From positions 5,084,001 through 5,148,000 of the forward strand of contig JBPQGU010000016.1 in assembly GCA_051362555.1 (NCBI GenBank): a stretch of 64,000 nucleotides of DNA. Direction: 5' to 3'. Positions 25,901-39,200 of the stretch are shown one piece after another (the first letter of the stretch is position 1; each line of letters starts with the position of its first letter). The position numbers and the translations under genes are program-made. The notes below the pieces were generated by a model. That model was not told where the DNA came from and searched no databases. It was given only the letters and a program-made list of their open reading frames with translations. Source of the stretch: Lingula anatina. Its lineage: Eukaryota > Animalia > Brachiopoda.

Positions 25901-28900
25901 CCACATTTTTTATGAATGACAGGTGTGGTAGATTGATTTTCGTCACTTTTTGGAAAAATCTGAGACGGGTCGATTTTTGGTGATTTTGAGTGATTTTGAT
26001 CAGTGCCGGCACTGTGAGATTTCTTCAATTTTGGCCAGGTAGGGATGAAAAATTTTTTTCTTCGTTATAGTGTCAGGTAGGTGTGTTCGGTCATTTGTAG
26101 TAAGAATAAAGTGCTGGAAGAGTGGTGGTGTCATCATTAAGGAAGAAATAGAGCAAAAACTGTGTCTCCCCCCCCCCCTCTCAGATTCTGTTCTCAGAGC
26201 TCATTTTTGGATCATCTTTAAAGCTAGAATTGGGGGCCTTGATGAAGTGACCCGGGCGCGTTTCCACATTTTTTATGAATGACAGGTGTGGTAGATTGAT
26301 TTTCGTCACTTTTTGGAAAAATCTGAGACGGGTCGATTTTTGGTGATTTTGAGTGATTTTGATCAGTGCCGGCACTGTGAGATTTCTTCAATTTTGGTCA
26401 TGTAGGGATGAAAAATTTTTTTCTTCGTTATAGTGTCAGGTAGGTGTGTTCGGTCATTTGTAGTAAGAATAAAGTGCTGGAAGAGTGGTGGTGTCATCAT
26501 TAAGGAAGAAATAGAGCAAAAACTGTGTCTCCCCCCCCCCTCTCAGATTCTGTTCTCAGAGCTCATTTTTGGATCATCTTTAAAGCTAGAATTGGGGGCC
26601 TTGATGAAGTGACCCGGGCGCGTTTCCACATTTTTTATGAATGACAGGTGTGGTAGATTGATTTTCGTCACTTTTTGGAAAAATCTGAGACGGGTCGATT
26701 TTTGGTGATTTTGAGTGATTTTGATCAGTGCCGGCACTGTGAGATTTCTTCAATTTTGGCCAGGTAGGGATGAAAAATTTTTTTCTTCGTTATAGTGTCA
26801 GGTAGGTGTGTTCGGTCATTTGTAGTAAGAATAAAGTTCTGGAAGAGTGGTGGTGTCATCATTAAGGAAGAAATAGAGCAAAAACTGTGTCTCCCCCCCC
26901 CCTCTCAGATTCTGTTCTCAGAGCTCATTTTTGGATCATCTTTAAAGCTAGAATTGGGGGCCTTGATGAAGTGACCCGGGCGCGTTTCCACATTTTTTAT
27001 GAATGACAGGTGTGGTAGATTGATTTTCGTCACTTTTTGGAAAAATCTGAGACGGGTCGATTTTTGGTGATTTTGAGTGATTTTGATCAGTGCCGGCACT
27101 GTGAGATTTCTTCAATTTTGGCCAGGTAGGGATGAAAAATTTTTTTCTTCGTTATAGTGTCAGGTAGGTGTGTTCGGTCATTTGTAGTAAGAATAAAGTG
27201 CTGGAAGAGTGGTGGTGTCATCATTAAGGAAGAAATAGAGCAAAAACTGTGTCTCCCCCCCCCCTCTCAGATTCTGTTCTCAGAGCTCATTTTTGGATCA
27301 TCTTTAAAGCTAGAATTGGGGGCCTTGATGAAGTGACCCGGGCGCGTTTCCACATTTTTTATGAATGACAGGTGTGGTAGATTGATTTTCGTCACTTTTT
27401 GGAAAAATCTGAGACGGGTCGATTTTTGGTGATTTTGAGTGATTTTGATCAGTGCCGGCACTGTGAGATTTCTTCAATTTTGGCCAGGTAGGGATGAAAA
27501 ATTTTTTTCTTCGTTATAGTGTCAGGTAGGTGTGTTCGGTCATTTGTAGTAAGAATAAAGTGCTGGAAGAGTGGTGGTGTCATCATTAAGGAAGAAATAG
27601 AGCAAAAACTGTGTCTCCCCCCCCCCCTCTCAGATTCTGTTCTCAGAGCTCATTTTTGGATCATCTTTAAAGCTAGAATTGGGGGCCTTGATGAAGTGAC
27701 CCGGGCGCGTTTCCACATTTTTTATGAATGACAGGTGTGGTAGATTGATTTTCGTCACTTTTTGGAAAAATCTGAGACGGGTCAATTTTTGGTGATTTTG
27801 AGTGATTTTGATCAGTGCCGGCACTGTGAGATTTCTTCAATTTTGGCCAGGTAGGGATGAAAAATTTTTTTCTTCGTTATAGTGTCAGGTAGGTGTGTTC
27901 GGTCATTTGTAGTAAGAATAAAGTGCTGGAAGAGTGGTGGTGTCATCATTAAGGAAGAAATAGAGCAAAAACTGTGTCTCCCCCCCCCCCCCTCTCAGAT
28001 TCTGTTCTCAGAGCTCATTTTTGGATCATCTTTAAAGCTAGAATTGGGGGCCTTGATGAAGTGACCCGGGCGCGTTTCCACATTTTTTATGAATGACAGG
28101 TGTGGTAGATTGATTTTCGTCACTTTTTGGAAAAATCTGAGACGGGTCGATTTTTGGTGATTTTGAGTGATTTTGATCAGTGCCGGCACTGTGAGATTTC
28201 TTCAATTTTGGCCAGGTAGGGATGAAAAATTTTTTTCTTCGTTATAGTGTCAGGTAGGTGTGTTCGGTCATTTGTAGTAAGAATAAAGTGCTGGAAGAGT
28301 GGTGGTGTCATCATTAAGGAAGAAATAGAGCAAAAACTGTCTCCCCCCCCCCTCTCAGATTCTGTTCTCAGAGCTCATTTTTGGATCATCTTTAAAGCTA
28401 GAATTGGGGGCCTTGATGAAGTGACCCGGGCGCATTTCCACATTTTTTATGAATGACAGGTGTGGTAGATTGATTTTCGTCACTTTTTGTAAAAATCTGA
28501 GACGGGTCGATTTTTGGTGATTTTGAGTGATTTTGATCAGTGCCGGCACTGTGAGATTTCTTCAATTTTGGACAGGTAGGGATGAAAAATTTTTTTCTTC
28601 GTTATAGTGTCAGGTAGGTGTGTTCGGTCATTTGTAGTAAGAATAAAGTGCTGGAAGAGTGGTGGTGTCATCATTAAGGAAGAAATAGAGCAAAAACTGT
28701 GTCTCCCCCCCCCTCTCAGATTCTGTTCTCAGAGCTCATTTTTGGATCATCTTTAAAGCTAGAATTGGGGGCCTTGATGAAGTGACCCGGGCGCGTTTCC
28801 ACATTTTTTATGAATGACAGGTGTGGTAGATTGATTTTCGTCACTTTTTGGAAAAATCTGAGACGGGTCGATTTTTGGTGATTTTGAGTGATTTTGATCA

Positions 28901-31900
28901 GTGCCGGCACTGTGAGATTTCTTCAATTTTGGCCAGGTAGGGATGAAAAATTTTTTTCTTCGTTATAGTGTCAGGTAGGTGTGTTCGGTCATTTGTAGTA
29001 AGAATAAAGTGCTGGAAGAGTGGTGGTGTCATCATTAAGGAAGAAATAGAGCAAAAACTTGATGAAGTGACCCGGGCGCGTTTCCACATTTTTTATGAAT
29101 GACAGGTGTGGTAGATTGATTTTCGTCACTTTTTGGAAAAATCTGAGACGGGTCGATTTTTGGTGATTTTGAGTGATTTTGATCAGTGCCGGCACTGTGA
29201 GATTTCTTCAATTTTGGCCAGGTAGGGATGAAAAATTTTTTTCTTCGTTATAGTGTCAGGTAGGTGTGTTCGGTCATTTGTAGTAAGAATAAAGTGCTGG
29301 AAGAGTGGTGGTGTCATCATTAAGGAAGAAATAGAGCAAAAACTGTGTCTCCCTCCCACCTCTCAGATTCTGTTCTCAGAGCTCATTTTTGGATCATCTT
29401 TAAAGCTAGAATTGAGGGCCTTGATGAAGTGACCCGGGCGCGTTTCCACATTTTTTATGAATGACAGGTGTGGTAGATTGATTTTCGTCACTTTTAGGAA
29501 AAATCTGAGACGGGTCGATTTTTGGTGATTTTGAGTGATTTTGATCAGTGCCGGCACTGTGAGATTTCTTCAATTTTGGCCAGGTAGGGATGAAAAATTT
29601 TTTTCTTCGTTATAGTGTCAGGTAGGTGTGTTCGGTCATTTGTAGTAAGAATAAAGTGCTGGAAGAGTGGTGGTGTCATCATTAAGGAAGAAATAGAGCA
29701 AAAACTGTGTCTCCCCCCCCCTCTCAAATTCTGTTCTCAGAGCTCATTTTTGGATCATCTTTAAAGCTAGAATTTGGGGCCTTGATGAAGTGACCCGGGC
29801 GCGTTTCCACATTTTTTATGAATGACAGGTGTGGTAGATTGATTTTCGTCACTTTTTGGAAAAATCTGAGACGGGTCGATTTTTGGTGATTTTGAGTGAT
29901 TTTGATCAGTGCCGGCACTGTGAGATTTCTTCAGTTTTGGCCAGGTAGGGATGAAAAATTTTTTTCTTCGTTATAGTGTCAGGTAGGTGTGTTCGGTCAT
30001 TTGTAGTAAGAATAAAGTGCTGGAAGAGTGGTGGTGTCATCATTAAGGAAGAAATAGAGCAAAAACTGTGTCTCCCCCCCCCTCTCAGATTCTCTTCTCA
30101 GAGCTCATTTTTGGATCATCTTTAAAGCTAGAATTGGGGGCCTTGATGAAGTGACCCGGGCGCGTTTCCACATTTTTTATGAATGACAGGTGTGGTAGAT
30201 TGATTTTCGTCACTTTTTGGAAAAATCTGAGACGGGTCGATTTTTGGTGATTTTGAGTGATTTTGATCAGTGCCGGCACTGTGAGATTTCTTCAATTTTG
30301 GCCAGGTAGGGATGAAAAATTTTTTTCTTCGTTATAGTGTCAGGTAGGTGTGTTCAGTCATTTGTAGTAAGAATAAAGTGCTGGAAGAGTGGTGGTGTCA
30401 TCATTAAGGAAGAAATAGAGCAAAAACTGTGTCTCCCTCCCCCCTCTCAGATTCTGTTCTCAGAGCTCATTTTTGGATCATCTTTAAAGCTAGAATTGAG
30501 GGCCTTGATGAAGTGACCCGGGCGCGTTTCCACATTTTTTATGAATGACAGGTGTGGTAGATTGATTTTCGTCACTTTTAGGAAAAATCTGAGACGGGTC
30601 GATTTTTGGTGATTTTGAGTGATTTTGATCAGTGCCGGCACTGTGAGATTTCTTCAGTTTTGGCCAGGTAGGGATGAAAAATTTTTTTCTTCGTTATAGT
30701 GTCAGGTAGGTGTGTTCGGTCATTTGTAGTAAGAATAAAGTGCTGGAAGAGTGGTGGTGTCATCATTAAGGAAGAAATAGAGCAAAAACTGTGTCTCCCC
30801 CCCCTCTCAGATTCTCTTCTCAGAGCTCATTTTTGGATCATCTTTAAAGCTAGAATTGGGGGCCTTGATGAAGTGACCCAGGCGCGTTTCCACATTTTTT
30901 ATGAATGACAGGTGTGGTAGATTGATTTTCGTCACTTTTTGGAAAAATCTGAGACGGGTCGATTTTTGGTGATTTTGAGTGATTTTGATCAGTGCCGGCA
31001 CTGTGAGATTTCTTCAATTTTGGCCAGGTAGGGATGAAAAATTTTTTTCTTCGTTATAGTGTCAGGTAGGTGTGTTCGGTCATTTGTAGTAAGAATAAAG
31101 TGCTGGAAGAGTGGTGGTGTCATCATTAAGGAAGAAATAGAGCAAAAACTGTGTCTCCCCCCCCCCCTCTCAGATTCTGTTCTCAGAGCTCATTTTTGGA
31201 TCATCTTTAAAGCTAGAATTGGGGGCCTTGATGAAGTGACCCGGGCGCGTTTCCACATTTTTTATGAATGACAGGTGTGGTAGATTGATTTTCGTCACTT
31301 TTTGGAAAAATCTGAGACGGGTCGATTTTTGGTGATTTTGAGTGATTTTGATCAGTGCCGGCACTGTGAGATTTCTTCAATTTTGGCCAGGTAGGGATGA
31401 AAAATTTTTTTCTTCGTTATAGTGTCAGGTAGGTGTGTTCGGTCATTTGTAGTAAGAATAAAGTGCTGGAAGAGTGGTGGTGTCATCATTAAGAAGAAAT
31501 AGAGCAAAAACTGTGTCTCCCCCCCCCCCCTCTCAGATTCTGTTCTCAGAGCTCATTTTTGGATCATCTTTAAAGCTAGAATTGGGGGCCCTTGATGAAG
31601 TGACCCGGGCGCATTTCCACATTTTTTATGAATGACAGGTGTGGTAGATTGATTTTCGTCACTTTTTGGAAAAATCTGAGACGGGTCGATTTTTGGTGAT
31701 TTTGAGTGATTTTGATCAGTGCCGGCACTGTGAGATTTCTTCAATTTTGGCCAGGTAGGGATGAAAAATTTTTTTCTTCGTTATAGTGTCAGGTAGGTGT
31801 GTTCGGTCATTTGTAGTAAGAATAAAGTGCTGGAAGAGTGGTGGTGTCATCATTAAGGAAGAAATAGAGCAAAAACTGTGTCTCCCCCCCCTTCTCAGAT

Positions 31901-33300
31901 TCTGTTCTCAGAGCTCATTTTTGGATCATCTTTAAAGCTAGAATTGGGGGCCTTGATGAAGTGACCCGGCGCGTTTCCACATTTTTTATGAATGACAGGT
32001 GTGGTAGATTGATTTTCGTCACTTTTTGGAAAAATCTGAGACGGGTCGATTTTTGGTGATTTTGAGTGATTTTGATCAGTGCCGGCACTGTGAGATTTCT
32101 TCAATTTTGGCCAGGTAGGGATGAAAAATTTTTTTCTTCGTTATAGTGTCAGGTAGGTGTGTTCGGTCATTTGTAGTAAGAATAAAGTGCTGGAAGAGTG
32201 GTGGTGTCATCATTAAGGAAGAAATAGAGCAAAAACTGTGTCTCCCCCCCCCCCTCTCAGATTCTGTTCTCAGAGCTCATTTTTGGATTATCTTTAAAGC
32301 TAGAATTGGGGGCCTTGATGAAGTGACCCGGGCGCGTTTCCACATTTTTTATGAATGACAGGTGTGTTAGATTGATTTTCGTCACTTTTTGGAAAAATCT
32401 GAGACGGGTCGATTTTTGGTGATTTTGAGTGATTTTGATCAGTGCCGGCACTGTGAGATTTCTTCAATTTTGGCCAGGTAGGGATGAAAAATTTTTTTCT
32501 TAGTTATAGTGTCAGGTAGGTGTGTTCGGTCATTTGTAGTAAGAATAAAGTGCTGGAAGAGTGGTGGTGTCATCATTAAGGAAGAAATAGAGCAAAAACT
32601 TGATGAAGTGACCCGGCGCGTTTCCACATTTTTTATGAATGACAGGTGTGGTAGATTGATTTTCGTCACTTTTTGGAAAAATCTGAGACGGGTCGATTTT
32701 TGGTGATTTTGAGTGATTTTGATCAGTGCCGGCACTGTGAGATTTCTTCAATTTTGGCCAGGTAGGGATGAAAAATTTTTTTCTTCGTTATAGTGTCAGG
32801 TAGGTGTGTTCGGTCATTTGTAGTAAGAATAAAGTGCTGAAGAGTGGTGGTGTCATCATTAAGGAAGAAATAGAGCAAAAACTGTGTCTCCCTCCCCCCT
32901 CTCAGATTCTGTTCTCAGAGCTCATTTTTGGATCATCTTTAAAGCTTGAATTGAGGGCTTGATGAAGTGACCCGGGCGCGTTTCCACATTTTTTATGAAT
33001 GACAGGTGTGGTAGATTGATTTTCGTCACTTTTTGGAAAAATCTGAGACGGGTCGATTTTGGTGATTTTGAGTGATTTTGATCAGTGCCGGCACTGTGAG
33101 ATTTCTTCAATTTTGGCCAGGTAGGGATGAAAAATTTTTTTCTTCGTTATAGTGTCAGGTAGGTGTGTTCGGTCATTTGTAGTAAGAATAAAGTGCTGGA
33201 AGAGTGGTGGTGTCATCATTAAGGAAGAAATAGAGCAAAAACTGTGTCTCCCCCCCCCCTCTCAGATTCGTTCTCAGAGCTCATTTTTGGATCATCTTTA

Positions 33301-33330
33301 AAGCTAGAATTGGTTTCATCCCTACCTGGC
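33301..33330. other. Inversion junction within the array (33313/33314)
   Basis: aagctagaattgg (left consensus would continue gggccttg) is joined directly to tttcatccctacc (reverse-strand consensus). There are no inserted non-satellite bases. Confidence 0.95.
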
Positions 33331-36254
33331 CAAAATTGAAGAAATCTCACAGTGCCGGCACTGATCAAAATCACTCAAAATCACCAAAAATCGACCCGTC
33401 TCAGATTTTTCCAAAAAGTGACGAAAATCAATCTACCACACCTGTCATTCATAAAAAATGTGGAAACGCGCCCGGGTCACTTCATCAAGGCCCCCAATTC
33501 TAGCTTTAAAGATGATCCAAAAATGAGCTCTGAGAACAGAATCTGAGAGGGGGGGGGGGGGGAGACACAGTTTTTGCTCTATTTCTTCCTTAATGATGAC
33601 ACCACCACTCTTCCAGCACTTTATTCTTACTACAAATGACCGAACACACCTACCTGACACTATAACGAAGAAAAAAATTTTTCATCCCTACCTGGCCAAA
33701 ATTGAAGAAATCTCACAGTGCCGGCACTGATCAAAATCACTCAAAATCACCAAAAATCGACCCGTCTCAGATTTTTCCAAAAAGTGACGAAAATCAATCT
33801 ACCACACCTGTCATTCATAAAAAATGTGGAAACGCGCCCGGGTCACTTCATCAAGGCCCCCAATTCTAGCTTTAAAGATGATCCAAAAATGAGCTCTGAG
33901 AACAGAATCTGAGAGGGGGGGGGGGGGAGACACAGTTTTTGCTCTATTTCTTCCTTAATGATGACACCACCACTCTTCCAGCACTTTATTCTTACTACAA
34001 ATGACCGAACACACCTACCTGACACTATAACGAAGAAAAAAATTTTTCATCCCTACCTGGCCAAAATTGAAGAAATCTCACAGTGCCGGCACTGATCAAA
34101 ATCACTCAAAATCACCAAAAATCGACCCGTCTCAGATTTTTCCAAAAAGTGACGAAAATCAATCTACCACACCTGTCATTCATAAAAAATGTGGAAACGC
34201 GCCCGGGTCACTTCATCAAGGCCCCCAATTCTAGCTTTAAAGATGATCCAAAAATGAGCTCTGAGAACAGAATCTGAGAGGGGGGGGGGAGACACAGTTT
34301 TTGCTCTATTTCTTCCTTAATGATGACACCACCACTCTTCCAGCACTTTATTCTTACTACAAATGACCGAACACACCTACCTGACACTATAAGAAGGAAA
34401 AAAAATTTTCATCCCTACCTGGCCAAAATTGAAGAAATCTCACAGTGCCGGCACTGATCAAAATCACTCAAAATCACCAAAAATCGACCCGTCTCAGATT
34501 TTTCCAAAAAGTGACGAAAATCAATCTACCACACCTGTCATTCATAAAAAATGTGGAAACGCGCCCGGGTCACTTCATCAAGGCCCCCAATTCTAGCTTT
34601 AAAGATGATCCAAAAATGAGCTCTGAGAACAGAATCTGAGAGGGGGGGGGAGACACAGTTTTTGCTCTATTTCTTCCTTAATGATGACACCACCACTCTT
34701 CCAGCACTTTATTCTTACTAGAAATGACCGAACACACCTACCTGACACTATAACGAAGAAAAAAATTTTTCATCCCTACCTGGCCAAAATTGAAGAAATC
34801 TCACAGTGCCGGCACTGATCAAAATCACTCAAAATCACCAAAAATCGACCCGTCTCAGATTTTTCCAAAAAGTGACGAAAATCAATCTACCACACCTGTC
34901 ATTCATAAAAAATGTGGAAATGCGCCCGGGTCACTTCATCAAGGCCCCCAATTCTAGCTTTAAAGATGATCCAAAAATGAGCTCTGAGAACAGAATCTGA
35001 GAGGGGGGGGGGAGACACAGTTTTTGCTCTATTTCTTCCTTAATGATGACACCACTACTCTTCCAGCACTTTATTCTTACTACAAATGACCGAACACACC
35101 TACCTGACACTATAACGAAGAAAAAAATTTTTCATCCCTACCTGGCCAAAATTGAAGAAATCTCACAGTGCCGGCACTAATCAAAATCACTCAAAATCAC
35201 CAAAAATCGACCCGTCTCAGATTTTTCCAAAAAGTGACGAAAATCAATCTACCACACCTGTCATTCATAAAAAATGTGGAAACGCGCCCGGGTCACTTCA
35301 TCAAGGCCCCCAATTCTAGCTTTAAAGATGATCCAAAAATGAGCTCTGAGAACAGAATCTGAGAGGGGGGGGGGGAGACACAGTTTTTGCTCTATTTCTT
35401 CCTTAATGATGACACCACCACTCTTCCAGCACTTTATTCTTACTACAAATGACCGAACACACCTACCTGACACTATAACGAAGAAAAAAATTTTTCATCC
35501 CTACCTGGCCAAAACTGAAGAAATCTCACAGTGCCGGCACTGATCAAAATCACTCAAAATCACCAAAAATCGACCCGTCTCAGATTTTTCCAAAAAGTGA
35601 CGAAAATCAATCTACCACACCTGTCATTCATAAAAAATGTGGAAACGCGCCCGGGTCACTTCATCAAGGCCCCCAATTCTAGCTTTAAAGATGATCCAAA
35701 AATGAGCTCTGAGAACAGAATTTGAGAGGGGGGGGGGAGACACAGTTTTTGCTCTATTTCTTCCTTAATGATGACACCACCACTCTTCCAGCACTTTATT
35801 CTTACTACAAATGACCGAACACACCTACCTGACACTATAACGAAGAAAAAAATTTTTCATCCCTACCTGGCCAAAATTGAAGAAATCTCACAGTGCCGGC
35901 ACTGATCAAAATCACTCAAAATCACCAAAAATCGACATGTCTCAGATTTTTCCAAAAAGTGACGAAAATCAATCTACCACACCTGTCATTCATAAAAAAT
36001 GTGGAAACGCGCCCGGGTCACTTCATCAAGGCCCCCAATTCTAGCTTTAAAGATGATCCAAAAATGAGCTCTGAGAACAGAATCTGAGAGGGGGGGGGGA
36101 GACACAGTTTTTGCTCTATTTCTTCCTTAATGATGACACCACCACTCTTCCAGCACTTTATTCTTACTACAAATGACCGAACACACCTACCTGACACTAT
36201 AACGAAGAAAAAAATTTTTCATCCCTACCTGGCCAAAATTGAAGAAATCTCACA

Positions 36255-39200
36255 GTGCCGGCACTGATCAAAATCACTCAAAATCACCAAAAATCGACCC
36301 GTCTCAGATTTTTCCTAAAAGTGACGAAAATCAATCTACCACACCTGTCATTCATAAAAAATGTGGAAACGCGCCCGGGTCACTTCATCAAGGCCCTCAA
36401 TTCTAGCTTTAAAGATGATCCAAAAATGAGCTCTGAGAACAGAATCTGAGAGGGGGGAGGGAGACACAGTTTTTGCTCTATTTCTTCCTTAATGATGACA
36501 CCACCACTCTTCCAGCACTTTATTCTTACTACAAATGACCGAACACACCTACCTGACACTATAACGAAGAAAAAAATTTTTCATCCCTACCTGGCCAAAA
36601 TTGAAGAAATCTCACAGTGCCGGCACTGATCAAAATCACTCAAAATCACCAAAAATCGACCCGTCTCAGATTTTTCCAAAAAGTGACGAAAATCAATCTA
36701 CCACACCTGTCATTCATAAAAAATGTGGAAACGCGCCCGGGTCACTTCATCAAGTTTTTGCTCTATTTCTTCCTTAATGATGACACCACCACTCTTCCAG
36801 CACTTTATTCTTACTACAAATGACCGAACACACCTACCTGACACTATAACTAAGAAAAAAATTTTTCATCCCTACCTGGCCAAAATTGAAGAAATCTCAC
36901 AGTGCCGGCACTGATCAAAATCACTCAAAATCACCAAAAATCGACCCGTCTCAGATTTTTCCAAAAAGTGACGAAAATCAATCTACCACACCTGTCATTC
37001 ATAAAAAATGTGGAAATGCGCCCGGGTCACTTCATCAAGGCCCCCAATTCTAGCTTTAAAGATGATCCAAAAATGAGCTCTGAGAACAGAATCTGAGAGG
37101 GGGGGGGGGAGACACAGTTTTTGCTCTATTTCTTCCTTAATGATGACACCACCACTCTTCCAGCACTTTATTCTTACTACAAATGACCGAACACACCTAC
37201 CTGACACTATAACGAAGAAAAAAATTTTTCATCCCTACCTGGCCAAAATTGAAGAAATCTCACAGTGCCGGCACTGATCAAAATCACTCAAAATCACCAA
37301 AAATCGACCCGTCTCAGATTTTTCCAAAAAGTGACGAAAATCAATCTACCACACCTGTCATTCATAAAAAATGTGGAAACGCGCCCGGGTCACTTCATCA
37401 AGGCCCCCAATTCTAGCTTTAAAGATGATCCAAAAATGAGCTCTGAGAACAGAATCTGAGAGGGGGGGGGAGACACAGTTTTTGCTCTATTTCTTCCTTA
37501 ATGATGACACCACCACTCTTCCAGCACTTTATTCTTACTACAAATGACCGAACACACCTACCTGACACTATAACTAAGAAAAAAATTTTTCATCCCTACC
37601 TGGCCAAAATTGAAGAAATCTCACAGTGCCGGCACTGATCAAAATCACTCAAAATCACCAAAAATCGACCCGTCTCAGATTTTTCCAAAAAGTGACGAAA
37701 ATCAATCTACCACACCTGTCATTCATAAAAAATGTGGAAATGCGCCCGGGTCACTTCATCAAGGCCCCCAATTCTAGCTTTAAAGATGATCCAAAAATGA
37801 GCTCTGAGAACAGAATCTGAGAGGGGGGGGGGGAGACACAGTTTTTGCTCTATTTCTTCCTTAATGATGACACCACCACTCTTCCAGCACTTTATTCTTA
37901 CTACAAATGACCGAACACACCTACCTGACACTATAACGAAGAAAAAAATTTTTCATCCCTACCTGGCCAAAATTGAAGAAATCTCACAGTGCCGGCACTG
38001 ATCAAAATCACTCAAAATCACCAAAAATCGACCCGTCTCAGATTTTTCCAAAAAGTGACGAAAATCAATCTACCACACCTGTCATTCATAAAAAATGTGG
38101 AAACGCGCCCGGGTCACTTCATCAAGGCCCCCAATTCTAGCTTTAAAGATGATCCAAAAATGAGCTCTGAGAACAGAATCTGAGAGGGGGGGGGGAGACA
38201 CAGTTTTTGCTCTATTTCTTCCTTAATGATGACACCACCACTCTTCCAGCACTTTATTCTTACTACAAATGACCGAACACACCTACCTGACACTATAACG
38301 AAGAAAAAAATTTTTCATCCCTACCTGGCCAAAATTGAAGAAATCTCACAGTGCCGGCACTGATCAAAATCACTCAAAATCACCAAAAATCGACCCGTCT
38401 CAGATTTTTCCAAAAAGTGACGAAAATCAATCTACCACACCTGTCATTCATAAAAAATGTGGAAACGCGCCCGGGTCACTTCATCAAGGCCCCAATTCTA
38501 GCTTTAAAGATGATCCAAAAATGAGCTCTGAGAAGAGAATCTGAGAGGGGGGGGAGACACAGTTTTTGCTCTATTTCTTCCTTAATGATGACACCACCAC
38601 TCTTCCAGCACTTTATTCTTACTACAAATGACCGAACACACCTACCTGACACTATAACGAAGAAAAAAATTTTTCATCCCTACCTGGCCAAAACTGAAGA
38701 AATCTCACAGTGACGGCACTGATCAAAATCACTCAAAATCACCAAAAATCGACCCGTCTCAGATTTTTCCTAAAAGTGACGAAAATCAATCTACCACACC
38801 TGTCATTCATAAAAAATGTGGAAACGCGCCCGGGTCACTTCATCAAGGCCCTCAATTCTAGCTTTAAAGATGATCCAAAAATGAGCTCTGAGAACAGAAT
38901 CTGAGAGGGGGGAGGGAGACACAGTTTTTGCTCTATTTCTTCCTTAATGATGACACCACCACTCTTCCAGCACTTTATTCTTACTACAAATGACCGAACA
39001 CACCTACCTGACACTATAACGAAGAAAAAAATTTTTCATCCCTACCTGGCCAAAATTGAAGAAATCTCACAGTGCCGGCACTGATCAAAATCACTCAAAA
39101 TCACCAAAAATCGACCCGTCTCAGATTTTTCCAAAAAGTGACGAAAATCAATCTACCACACCTGTCATTCATAAAAAATGTGGAAACGCGCCCGGGTCAC

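Larger units (their letters stand above)
1..33313 (+). repeat. Satellite tandem array, left arm (~362-bp monomer, ~92 copies; orientation arbitrarily called +)
   Basis: aggtgtggtagattg at 1 recurs at 365 and every ~360-370 bp. Unit length is 352 bp plus the C-run (364 with C12, 360 with C8). Copies differ by only a few substitutions and run continuously from the window start to the orientation switch. Confidence 0.99.

Noticed and set aside
33133-33493. Transposon or foldback element, or telomere remnant, at the inversion
   Set aside because: Every base on both sides maps to the satellite consensus, with no insert, target-site duplication or telomeric repeats.
28000-38600. Exact mirror-image fold-back read chimera
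   Set aside because: Marker positions are not equidistant from the junction (deletions 713 and ~4255 bp to the left versus ~3440 and ~5900 bp to the right), and each arm has private variants. Other kinds of misjoin remain possible.
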